This document shows, piece after piece, positions 1-10,200 of a stretch of 64,000 nucleotides of DNA (position 1 is its first letter; each line of letters begins with the position of its first letter). The notes beneath the pieces were generated by a model that was given only the letters and a program-made list of their open reading frames with translations, was not told where the DNA came from and did not search any database. A program made the position numbers and the translations under genes. Origin of the DNA: a virus (lineage: Duplodnaviria > Caudoviricetes); the IMG/VR virus record IMGVR_UViG_3300018494_000083; one strand, 5' to 3'.

Positions 1-179
1 TCCTAGGTATACAAATATAGATACCAAATGGGGTGTTTGTTATTACTCCACAAGCGAAAATTCAAAGTGGAATAAAAACGGTATATCTCTTTATATCTGA
101 TTTTGGATTTTATAGTATAGGTAATCCGAGCACACAAAAGTATGTTTTTCAGCATTTATATACAGGAGTCAGATCATAA
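1..179 (+). repeat. TP-cassette array A (end of an array cut by the window edge): 1 partial + 1 complete cassette
   Basis: Partial unit 2-44 reads PRYTNIDTKWGVCY (GGTGTTTGT). An out-of-frame junction leads to ACTCC at 45, which reads TPQAKIQSGIKTVYLFISDFGFYSIGNPSTQKYVFQHLYTGVRS-stop. Confidence 0.75.
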
Positions 180-185
180 CTGACG

Positions 186-197
186 AACATTTATATA
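186..197 (+). promoter_or_regulatory. Putative late promoter AACA-N6-TA
   Basis: AACAtttataTA upstream of the 212/900 genes. The same motif precedes other virion genes and resembles the AR9 late promoter consensus. Confidence 0.55.
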
Positions 198-211
198 ATA
201 ACTTCCGAAGG

Positions 212-913
212 GTGGTAATGAACATGCAGACTTTTATCGAAATCAAAGATAAATTCAATACCCATGTCTGCAATGGTGAATCATTGCACGACACTTATGT
301 GAAGTATCTCGTTGATATATTCGAGGAATTTCAGACCCATGTCCAGCATTGGAGAGATGTGGTTAAACATAGAAATCGTATTCTTACTTTCAACCTTGTA
401 TATGGTGATGACGCTACTACCGATACCGATATTAGTGTCTCCTTTAAGAATATCATCATGTATCGCAATCTTCTTCTTAAGGATATGCTTAAGGATAAAC
501 TCGGTCACAATATTATCAGTTATGAAAACTTCACATCTAACTTCCACAATATTCTTGGTCCTACCAGAATGGTATCTTTGGATTTGATGAACAGTAGCAA
601 GATGAATATCATTACCAACATCTCTACAATTATCACTTACATCACATCTATGTACCAGAGATTCTCATCTCTCAAGGTAATGAGCCAAAATGAAAAGGAA
701 GTATATCTTGACAAGCTCTGGCTCTTTGTTACTCTTTGTAATAATTCAGTCATTGCAATCCGTACAGCCACTTCAGCGCTTAAGAACTATCTTCCCGTTG
801 AAGAGGTTGATTATATGTCTATGAAGCGTCCAGCTGAGGGAATTCATTTCAACGAAATCCCCAACGACGTCACTATGACAAGAGAGGAGGAATCTAAGGA
901 TGATTCCGAATAA
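212..913 (+). CDS. Hypothetical protein (true start may be ATG 218 or 224)
   Basis: 233-aa ORF with phage-like codon usage, overlapping the next gene. Confidence 0.75.
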   Translation: MVMNMQTFIEIKDKFNTHVCNGESLHDTYVKYLVDIFEEFQTHVQHWRDVVKHRNRILTFNLVYGDDATTDTDISVSFKNIIMYRNLLLKDMLKDKLGHNIISYENFTSNFHNILGPTRMVSLDLMNSSKMNIITNISTIITYITSMYQRFSSLKVMSQNEKEVYLDKLWLFVTLCNNSVIAIRTATSALKNYLPVEEVDYMSMKRPAEGIHFNEIPNDVTMTREEESKDDSE

Positions 914-3344
914 AAATATCAATCCGCAGTTTAATAAAGCTGATGATCTTGTCAGCTCTAGGGCTTATACTTTCTTAGATTCCTACATCTATATGAGGAA
1001 CGGAAAGTATAATGCTCTATACAATGCAAATAAAGAGATTCTTGCAATTGAGCGAGAGGCTCTTGATAAGCAGAGTGCAGAGATCTTATACTACGCATTG
1101 ACAGAACAAACAAAGATGTTGAATACTGTCGTCATTCGTATCCGTAACTTTGCACAGAATATCAGAGGAGACGTGATTCAGAATCTTCAGACAATTATCC
1201 CTGAAGCTGATGAAATGCGTAAATTTGAGGAAGCTCTTAAAGCATCTAATCCTTATCCTCAAAAAGTTGTAAATTACAAGATTTCGCCTATCGAGTATCC
1301 GAATATGGCAGTATTTTACAGCTTATTCAAGAGAGAATTAAAGGCATATGCCGATATCGAAGATGATAAAGCAGCAAAAGATAATCCATTTATTCACAAC
1401 TATGCTACCAAGTTCTTGATTGACTCGGCAGAAGAGTTGGCTCATATCAATGTGGATATCTTATCTTCCGAGGAATTCTTTATTACTAATCTTCCTAAGT
1501 TGATTAAGATTAAGGAATACTTCAAGAAGAAACAGCAAATCATCACCGGTATCAACCGTGACTTCAGAACTTTCTATTTCTATCTCAGACAGTTTAGAAT
1601 GCTTCAAAAAGTCATGGCTACTATGAATCCTACCGTTATGAATGATGGTAGAATCTCTGTTGCCGGTTGTTCCAAACCGCTGAATTCGTTCAGTGATTAT
1701 CTTATATATTACAAGCACTACACAATGATGGTTAAGTACCTCATTGATGTAGTATCCACTTACGACATGAAGTTCTTTAACAAGATCTATGCCATCCAAT
1801 CTAACATCGAAGTTTACAGAGCAGTTATTAACTCTGTAGTATCTCGCTATCAAACTCAGATGAGAAACAACGAGTCTGCTGAAATTGATAGCATGATTTC
1901 TGGTGTGGACAATGTGAACTTGTTCTTGAACGACGCTTATGAACTGACTCCCGAAGAGATGGCTCATAAAGAAAAGTGGATGCAAATGGATTATGGTCCC
2001 AAGGAGAACTGGTCAGCTGAAATGAAGGCTGAGTCTGATGCTTATTGGGCTAGACATCCTGAATATTTTGAGAAGTTCAACGATGGACAGTTTGATATCA
2101 TTCCTGATACTATCCATAAACTTGAAGTTCCCAAATCCTTAGTTGCTGATCCTGAGGACGCATATGAGTATGATCCTGACGAAGATCTCGAAGAGATTGA
2201 AACAGATGATCATAATTATGAGATGCAGAAAGTTAAGGAAGGCAACTCTCTTTACACTACCGATGCTTACAATAGCTTCGATGAGGTTGATAAAACTTGG
2301 TTTGAATCTAAGAAAGTTTTTGATAGCACATCTATCAAGGATCTTATCAGTAACAAACAGGCTACTATCACCGAGGCAGTTGATGCTAAAGTAAATGCGA
2401 AGAAAGCTATCCAGTTGATGAGAGACGCTATCATTGCTGCGTCTGCTAAGTTCAAGGATTCTGCAAAGACTATCCGTGAAGAATATGCAGAAACAATGGA
2501 TGCACTCGAATCTTTCAATATAGATGAATTCGATCTTACTGGTATCGAGTTTGAAACCTTTAAATATCATAAGGGTGTAGATCATATGCATCACATCAAG
2601 ATACCTACATATCGTCCTGATGATAATGATCTGCTTACTGAAGGTGATGGCATTGGTTACAAACAGAAATACTTCAAAGATCTCTATTACTTCAGTTATA
2701 AGGGTCAACCTCTTAACAAGAACAGATTCCGTGGATCTCAGGCTAAGTCTGTGATCAGCGGTGATAAGATTAAAGAAGCATATGAATTCTTTACTAACTT
2801 CATCGATACCTACAATAATACTGTAGTGAGAGCTATGGCTGCTTCTAATACTAGAATCGCAAATGCTCTCAGAGTCGATGAAAATATGCTTGAATCTGCA
2901 TTCGGAAGAACTGACCTGCTTACTGAGGCTATCTTGATAAACCGTTCTATGTTTAAGAATGATCTTTATTCTATCTTACTTGAAGCAGGAGAAGATGATC
3001 ATGACGCAATGATGGATGATCTTGAAGATATTGTAGGAGTTGAACCTGAAGATTATGATAGACATGATCCCGAAGGTGATGTTCCTCCAGAAGAAGAGAT
3101 TCCAGAAGACGAAGAAAACTCTCAGGAACCCAAGGAACCTGAGAGAGAAGATGATGCAAGTAATTTGAATATTGACGAACCTGAAGCCGAGAAAGCTAAT
3201 AAGAGTCTTGTAGTTGCTGAAGCACTCAGAATGTACTGTAAGATTTGTTATGAGGTTCAGTCTGCTCGTATGGATATTTATGAAGAAATCTATGAAACGG
3301 CATTCAAGTTCCTTCATGTATTAATCACTTCAACTAAAAAATAA
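900..3344 (+). CDS. Large acidic protein, possible internal head/virion protein
   Basis: 814 aa, GAGG RBS, acidic linkers, recurrent x-x-E|A/S motifs (NNES, ITEA, LTEA, LLEA) resembling prohead-protease sites; followed by a terminator. Confidence 0.55.
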   Translation: MIPNKNINPQFNKADDLVSSRAYTFLDSYIYMRNGKYNALYNANKEILAIEREALDKQSAEILYYALTEQTKMLNTVVIRIRNFAQNIRGDVIQNLQTIIPEADEMRKFEEALKASNPYPQKVVNYKISPIEYPNMAVFYSLFKRELKAYADIEDDKAAKDNPFIHNYATKFLIDSAEELAHINVDILSSEEFFITNLPKLIKIKEYFKKKQQIITGINRDFRTFYFYLRQFRMLQKVMATMNPTVMNDGRISVAGCSKPLNSFSDYLIYYKHYTMMVKYLIDVVSTYDMKFFNKIYAIQSNIEVYRAVINSVVSRYQTQMRNNESAEIDSMISGVDNVNLFLNDAYELTPEEMAHKEKWMQMDYGPKENWSAEMKAESDAYWARHPEYFEKFNDGQFDIIPDTIHKLEVPKSLVADPEDAYEYDPDEDLEEIETDDHNYEMQKVKEGNSLYTTDAYNSFDEVDKTWFESKKVFDSTSIKDLISNKQATITEAVDAKVNAKKAIQLMRDAIIAASAKFKDSAKTIREEYAETMDALESFNIDEFDLTGIEFETFKYHKGVDHMHHIKIPTYRPDDNDLLTEGDGIGYKQKYFKDLYYFSYKGQPLNKNRFRGSQAKSVISGDKIKEAYEFFTNFIDTYNNTVVRAMAASNTRIANALRVDENMLESAFGRTDLLTEAILINRSMFKNDLYSILLEAGEDDHDAMMDDLEDIVGVEPEDYDRHDPEGDVPPEEEIPEDEENSQEPKEPEREDDASNLNIDEPEAEKANKSLVVAEALRMYCKICYEVQSARMDIYEEIYETAFKFLHVLITSTKK

Positions 3345-3351
3345 ACAAGAT

Positions 3352-3385
3352 AAGGGTATGAGCTCACGCTCATACCCTACTTTTT
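3352..3385 (+). terminator. Intrinsic terminator
   Basis: AGGGTATGAGC-tcac-GCTCATACCCT hairpin followed by a T-tract. Confidence 0.8.
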
Positions 3386-3483
3386 GTCTCAAACGACATC
3401 TTTAAAATGAAAGGAAAAAAACATTGAAAACTTTAACGAAACCATTCACAGAAAACCTCGTGGAATCTCACCACATTATAATG

Positions 3484-3816
3484 TTAGTAATTTGCACATT
3501 CAATGAACACGAGGTCATCGGAATCTTCGGTTATATCAAAGAAGATATCAATGTTATCTTTAATCGCAGAATTCAGATCTGCTACATCAGGAATTTCAGT
3601 TTCTCTGTCAAGACTGTGGTTTATTTCACTCATCACAAATCGAGTAAGTACAGAGGGCATATCCATTCCATTCGTGGATACACTTACAAATTGCTTCCTG
3701 ATATCATTGCAATCTACGCCCTTACATTCGTCATCGAGGTAACGGCAAAGATCGAAAATTGTATAATTTAGCCTGCTCCTGATAAGGAAAGCAGTCGTTC
3801 TTGGTGTCATATTCAT
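3484..3816 (-). CDS. Hypothetical protein
   Basis: 110-aa ORF directly downstream of the RusA-like gene on the same strand. Confidence 0.6.
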   Translation of the reverse strand: MNMTPRTTAFLIRSRLNYTIFDLCRYLDDECKGVDCNDIRKQFVSVSTNGMDMPSVLTRFVMSEINHSLDRETEIPDVADLNSAIKDNIDIFFDITEDSDDLVFIECANY

Positions 3817-3821
3817 CAGAC

Positions 3822-4529
3822 TTACCTTCTCTTATTCGTTTTCTTTTTGGAATATGGTGTAACTAAAAGTTTGGCATCTATATAATTTTCGAGATCTTTA
3901 TACGATTTTCTATGAGTGATTGTCTTATATGTATATTCACTAATAACCCCATTAGGGAATATGATATCCAACACTACTCGGGGCTTGAGTGAATAGTATT
4001 TATTAAAGGATGATGACACAACAATGTCATCATCCATTATCACATGTTTCTGAATCATATCACAGTATGCCTTAAGGATATTATCGAAGTCTGGCTTACC
4101 GATCGCATAATCGTGCTCAGTTTCATATAATACCATTTCCAGAGGATTAACAGTGGTAGGCATAGGTGCATATGCTGTTAGATTTATTCTCATAGGAACC
4201 GTGATTACTTTGAGTTCATCATCAATATTCTTAATGAATTTCTCGATAGCATCAAAGTTCGCTTTTGCGTTAGGAACATGTAGACCACGGAACTTAAAAT
4301 TCGTCCGTGGTCTATGTGCTTGAATCGGAATTTCATAAAACGTAAATCTCAAGCAACGGTATTCAATAGACTCTTTAGCTTCCATAACTCTATCAAGAGC
4401 CATGTTTAGCAAGTCCTCGTTAAACTTGTCACCAAGCTTATCTTGTAACCGTTCATAGACATCCAAACTTACATTACCATAGAGTTCAGCATATTCTTTT
4501 TCTCTCTCTTTTCGAGAACGTATACGCAT
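3822..4529 (-). CDS. rusA: RusA-like Holliday junction resolvase
   Basis: KPDFDNILKAYCD and DDDIVV motifs match the RusA catalytic pattern (KPDxDNxxKxxxD...DD); HRPR motif; AAGGAG RBS. Confidence 0.75.
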   Translation of the reverse strand: MRIRSRKEREKEYAELYGNVSLDVYERLQDKLGDKFNEDLLNMALDRVMEAKESIEYRCLRFTFYEIPIQAHRPRTNFKFRGLHVPNAKANFDAIEKFIKNIDDELKVITVPMRINLTAYAPMPTTVNPLEMVLYETEHDYAIGKPDFDNILKAYCDMIQKHVIMDDDIVVSSSFNKYYSLKPRVVLDIIFPNGVISEYTYKTITHRKSYKDLENYIDAKLLVTPYSKKKTNKRR

Positions 4530-4588
4530 AATAATCTCCTTTGGTATTTAAGTTATTATAACAATGTCTGTTCCAATTTACTTTTCAA

Positions 4589-7165
4589 TTATCCCTTAGC
4601 CAGTGTGTTTGCTTTTTGTACAGTGTTCATATAGTCGTCAATAAGTTCACGTTCGAATGCAGGGAAATACCAGCCGTCATCGGTGATACGAACCTGGTTC
4701 TTTACACGGTTCTTAAGGAAGTTTGTCATGAACTGTACCTGTACTGTGGTTGATGGAGAGTTAAGGTTGTATCCAGAATAGGATGCAACGAAATCCATCA
4801 GACCGATATTATTGAATAGCATACCAAGAATCTTCTTGTATGCACCTGGGTTGATCGAAGTGAACAACGAACCAAGCGAACCAGTTGTAGTTCCCTTATA
4901 CTCATTGGTCATAAAGATCTTTTCATACATATCCTGAATAGAGATTGTTACATTAATCTCTGTAGGAAGATGATGAATTGTATGAGACTCACCGCCATTA
5001 CCACCACGCTCAATTGCAAGAGAACTTACAATACCAAGCTGACAGTTAAACTGACCCTTGGAGAAAGCCTGGATAACAAAAGGTGAGGTATAGGTATTAG
5101 GACCAGCAGCCTGTCTCGGGAGAGCCAGAGCCATCAGTCGTGCAAGAGGTCTGAGCACATAAAGGAATACAGACTCGGGATCACCGTAAGGAGATACGAG
5201 TTTAACCTTGAATTCGTGGGAGACCTCAGTATTAGAATCAGACCAGATTTCAGGTAAGGACATTTGGGATCCCATGAGGATACCACCAGCACCTTCTCCA
5301 ATTACACCAAGGAAAGATCCAGAAAGTGTGCTTGCAATGTTTTCAAAAACACCACCAAGCAGAGAACCTTCAGATACATCAATACCAAGTGCTTCACCGA
5401 AGAAAGACCACTGTTTAACTTTGTCCGAATATTCAGTTACCTTACTTGCTACATTCGACTGAGCAGTTTCGGTACTGAATGTTTGACTGAGCTGAGAATC
5501 GGGTTGGTAGTAACAGAAGATAGCAGGAGCTGTACCAAACTGACGAGTGAAGATATTGTCTCCTCCATCAAGTACAGTAATTGTATCATCGTACTGACCG
5601 TAAGTTGTATTGGCTCTGCCACTCATGAGTGCACATTCTTTATCGGCAATACCAATAAAGGTTGCAAACATATGACAGAGAGTGTTGACATATGCAATGT
5701 ATTCATTATACTGACTGGAGAATGAATAGAAACGCTCGTAGTCTTTACTGATGAAAGAGTAGATCCAGTTTTGGATATCACCAGCACCAGCACCTTTTAC
5801 GATACCAGTGATGATACCTTTAACACTATCTCCCATCTTAGAGAGGAAGCTAGATCTGTCAGGGAATCCTGCACGGAGAACGGCAATAGGCATATCATTA
5901 ATAATATTCTCAATGAAGTCCTTACCGTAACCAGTACGAGACTTGTCATTACCACCGGTATTAATCCAACCATAACGAATATCTGTATTAGACAGGAAGT
6001 TGAAAGGCAGACCGGTGATAGAGTGAATACTTACATATGGGCTTTCGTTATTTGCGATATTAGACGAATTATTGATAGCATAGATGTTGGAAGTCTGCGA
6101 ATCACTCTTTTTTGCGAGATTCTTAATAGCATTTACTGCACCACTGATAGCTGATGCAATACCAGCAAAAATACCAGTCTTAGGTGTAGCAGCATTAGGC
6201 TTCTTAGCAGGAGCAAATAGCGAAGCAAGTTTAAACTTGGATGCAGGTGCTGCTCTTAGAGCCATCATTCGTCTTACAGGAACTTGAACTACTGCTCCAG
6301 TTTCAGGATCTACTACATTCTTCATAGGAGGAAGTTTGTAGACATGTAGAGCAAGTGTATTTGAATAAATTACAGATGTGAGATTTACCCAACCTGTAAT
6401 AGTTTCTGTTGCAGCTTCGTGTGTTCCAGGAAGAGCTCTGACTGCTGCAGGAGTGTTTGTCTTCTGCCAGTATGTCTCATAACTAATGCTCACATATCCA
6501 TAAAGGTTCTCACCTTCTTGACAGAAAGCATAGATATACATTTCAGATTCTTTTCCGAATACACCGAGCTTATGATAATCATTGGTAGTATTAGATGCAC
6601 TATAATATCCGACTTTATCGGCATTATGCATTTCATTACCAATAACTACGCAAGGACAATAATCTACACCAGGTACAAAATTTTTGTTATGACCTTTGTT
6701 ATAGAGTTCCTTGATTTTATTAGGTCTAAGACCCACAAATAATCCTTCGGACCAACCGAAGTCATTTGATCCATTATCCGGTGACACATAACCAACTGTA
6801 CAAAGTTGATCATTATCGTTGCCGGTAGAGCCATAGTCACAAAGATTACCAGACTTAGCAGATGCAATCGAACTATGCACCGGTACCATTTCGGAGCTAT
6901 ATTTTGTACCAGTTCCGAATTTGGTCATCATGTATTTATATTTACCACCAAGACCCTGTTCAATACGGAACAGAGCATCAGTAGAATCAACCGATTTGTC
7001 TGTGAATTTTATGTAACCTATGGCGGAAGATTTATCAGCTCCTTTTAAAGAAAAGCCAGAGGCTTTTGCGGGGCTAGTTATATATCTCTTGTCACTTCCA
7101 GTATAAGCGATTGCTTCTTTAGCAAACTCTTCTGGAGAGCCGACACGTTTCGATGAAACTGCCAT
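4589..7165 (-). CDS. Putative baseplate/tail structural protein
   Basis: 858 aa downstream of the tape measure. The C-terminal LPEIWSDS...KLVSPYGDPESV...FNCQLGIVSSLAIERG...LPTEINVTISIQD region is typical of jumbo-phage tail tube-like/baseplate proteins. Confidence 0.6.
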   Translation of the reverse strand: MAVSSKRVGSPEEFAKEAIAYTGSDKRYITSPAKASGFSLKGADKSSAIGYIKFTDKSVDSTDALFRIEQGLGGKYKYMMTKFGTGTKYSSEMVPVHSSIASAKSGNLCDYGSTGNDNDQLCTVGYVSPDNGSNDFGWSEGLFVGLRPNKIKELYNKGHNKNFVPGVDYCPCVVIGNEMHNADKVGYYSASNTTNDYHKLGVFGKESEMYIYAFCQEGENLYGYVSISYETYWQKTNTPAAVRALPGTHEAATETITGWVNLTSVIYSNTLALHVYKLPPMKNVVDPETGAVVQVPVRRMMALRAAPASKFKLASLFAPAKKPNAATPKTGIFAGIASAISGAVNAIKNLAKKSDSQTSNIYAINNSSNIANNESPYVSIHSITGLPFNFLSNTDIRYGWINTGGNDKSRTGYGKDFIENIINDMPIAVLRAGFPDRSSFLSKMGDSVKGIITGIVKGAGAGDIQNWIYSFISKDYERFYSFSSQYNEYIAYVNTLCHMFATFIGIADKECALMSGRANTTYGQYDDTITVLDGGDNIFTRQFGTAPAIFCYYQPDSQLSQTFSTETAQSNVASKVTEYSDKVKQWSFFGEALGIDVSEGSLLGGVFENIASTLSGSFLGVIGEGAGGILMGSQMSLPEIWSDSNTEVSHEFKVKLVSPYGDPESVFLYVLRPLARLMALALPRQAAGPNTYTSPFVIQAFSKGQFNCQLGIVSSLAIERGGNGGESHTIHHLPTEINVTISIQDMYEKIFMTNEYKGTTTGSLGSLFTSINPGAYKKILGMLFNNIGLMDFVASYSGYNLNSPSTTVQVQFMTNFLKNRVKNQVRITDDGWYFPAFERELIDDYMNTVQKANTLAKG

Positions 7166-7190
7166 ATTTTACTCCTTTCTTTAAAAAGGT

Positions 7191-7218
7191 AGGGCTACTT
7201 GGGAAACCAAGTAGCCCA
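7191..7218. terminator. Hairpin / terminator between tape measure and baseplate genes
   Basis: GGGCTACTTGG-gaaa-CCAAGTAGCCC. Confidence 0.65.
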
Positions 7219-7235
7219 TTATTTGGTCAATTATA

Positions 7236-10200
7236 TTAAGCAGTTACTGCCTTGTTATATGCAGAAGTTTTACTTACAGAGTTCTCTTTCGAGGACCAGC
7301 TCGTAGCACCAACAGCGGGACCATGGTTAGTACCAGTAGGAGTATTTCTAGCTGCATTCTCTTCCATACGGATAAGAGTATCAGAGATGGTATGAAGTGT
7401 ATCAAGCATCTCATTTGCAACCTGTGCAATCTTTCCTACAGTGTCGTCACCTTCGCCACGACCGTTGCCTGCATTAGTAATCTTCTGGATATTTGCTTTC
7501 GCAGACTGAACTGCCTTGCTAACCTTGTTTGCATTCTTCTTGTTAAGAGCCTGCTTAGCTGTCTCAGTAGGAATGGTGATTCCAGTAGTCTGAGGAATGA
7601 TGCTAGCATTCGTGCCCTTGAACTTGTCGTATCCAAACTTACGGTTATTCTTCTTGTTGAGAGGATCATAAATATTGATTCCCTCTTCATCGGCATGAGT
7701 ACCGAGTATATAGTGAGGATTCTTACCGAAGGGAGAGGTACCTCTACCATCAGAACCAACCATAGCTACAGGAATATTCTGAGTCATTGCATTGATAGCA
7801 TCCTCAGTGATACCGAACTGCTGTTGCATTCCGATTCCAAATTGATCTGCAAGTGCATCAAATACCTTAGTATCAGTGCCTTCAGATTTGTAACCGTTTG
7901 CATATGCAAAGTTCGAAACATCACCAGGCGTCAAATCGCTTCCTGTAAGTCCGTTCATCATCATAGCGGCAGTGGTAGGACCACAACCTCCATCACCAAC
8001 AGTATCTTTCTTACCATGATAGTAACCATACTGCTGATTTCTCCAACGAGGATCCTTTTGATTATAATAAGGAATGAACGACTCGGGTGTTTCTTCGCCT
8101 TCACCACGACCTCCGAAGAGACCCTTGATGGCTCCCCAAGCCTTCTTAGCACCATTAGCAACTGCCGATGCAGCCTTCTTTACACCTTCTTTGGCTTTAG
8201 AAGCTACATTAGCAACCGCTTTACCAACGGCACTATTTTTAACTTTATCAACCGCATTGCTGACAGCTTTGCCAACTGCAGAGTTCTTGACTTTGTCAAC
8301 AACGCCACTAACGGCATCTTTAACCTTGCTTACAGCACCCTTAACCTTGTCTACGACACCGGCAGCGAAATCTTTCGCCTTACCAAGAAGATTAGCACCA
8401 AAGTCTTTCAACTTACCAGCAAGATCTCCGATTGTGTCTTTAATCTTACTACCGAAATCCTTCAGTTTATCACCTATCTTACTACCGAAGTCTTTGATCT
8501 TATCGAGTGCCTTAGCACCAAAGTCTTTTGCTTTATCAACAACACCAGCTCCCCAGTCTTTGAGTTTTCCGCCGATTTCACCGATCTTGGCACCAACGCC
8601 TTTGCCCCATTCACCAATCTTGGAGCCTACACCCTTGGTCCAGTCCCAAACCTTGCCGCCGACATCCTTAAACCAGTTGCCGACTTTACCCATCATTCTT
8701 GAGAAACCAGATTGTTTCTTTGCATTGGGATCTCCATCTCCGATATAGTCTTCAAGTTCGTTAGTGCCTGTGAAGAATCCTTTGATTTTGCCCCAAGTAG
8801 TTCTATTCTGAATTTGGTTATATTTCTCCATCGTCAAGCCCTTTTCAGCAGCTTCGGGGTGAGCCTTGATGAATGCATCATACTCAGCCTTGTGCTGTTC
8901 CTGGGACTTCTGGAGTTCTTCTTTCTCCTCATCAGATCCGATGATACCAAAGATGATACCAGTCAACCAGTCAACAGGAATAAGTCCAAGAAGCAATCCG
9001 GAGATAGCCTTAGACAAACCTGCAACGATCTTAAGTTTCAGAGGAGGTTCATATCCAGGTGCAGTCTGCATGATGTTCTTAACGTCAGCCCAACCAGTAC
9101 CGAAGTCGGTAACCAACTGAGCAATAACAAGAGCCCAACCAGCTACGTTAGACCATTTTGCAATGAACGTAGCAGTCTTGGCAGCAAGTTGACCTGCACC
9201 CTTTTTAACAACGCTTGCAGCGATATTGTCAGCAGAACTAGCGATAATCTTACCGCCCTTCTTACCAACAAAGTTACTTATTTTACTTATAATACCCTTA
9301 ATACCTTTAGAGATCCAACCAGTAAGTTTACTTACAGCCGGAGTCTTAGCAACTTTCTGAACTCCCTTGGTGGCTGCTTTCGCAACCTTGCTTACCACAC
9401 TTGTAGTTTTAGCACCAGTACCAAGAGCAGATCCGACACCCTTAGCTACCGAAGATGTCAGTCTCAAAGCACCAGAGGCAGTCTGAACCGATCCACGGAC
9501 GATCTTACCAGAACCAGTTTCCTGGTCGAGGTTGTCGCCCTGCATAAGTTCTTTACCCTCCTTGATGTTATTGATACCAACACCGATCGACGCCATTGAG
9601 TGTATATCACCGGCATTGTTCTTGAGGAAGTTCCAAGCTTTCTGTTTAAGGGTTTGCTTACCATTGACAGCATTTGCAAGTTTACCAAGACCAAGCTTAG
9701 TCAACAGACCAGAGAGCATCGGAGCGATACTGCTAAGTCCGCTCAAAAGATTGCTCAAGAATCCGCCACCTTCACCCTTAGCTGCTGCTTGAATAACTGC
9801 ACCCATACCATTACCAATGCTATTTGCATTAGCCATGATACTCGTCGACTGTTCCAAGGATGCCAATTCACCGGAAGTATCAGCAGAATTAAGAATATTG
9901 CTTACATTCTTCTGTGTCTTCTTAGGATCGTCCGAATCCTGAGTCAACTGTCTTGTGTGCTTTTGCGTCTTCTTTGCAGCTTGGCGTTCAGCCTTAGCTT
10001 TCTTGCGTTCCTCTTTATCCTTCTTACCGAAGCCAAAGAGTTTACCGAATAGACCCGAAGCTTTCTTACTTACTCCTTCAATCTCAACCTTGATAGGTCT
10101 ATGATTAGGAATTACAGTATCTCCACCACGGGCAATAATAGCCTCGGGACCACGCTCACCAACGATATTGAATCCAAGTCCGGTTTTACCACCGAATGCA

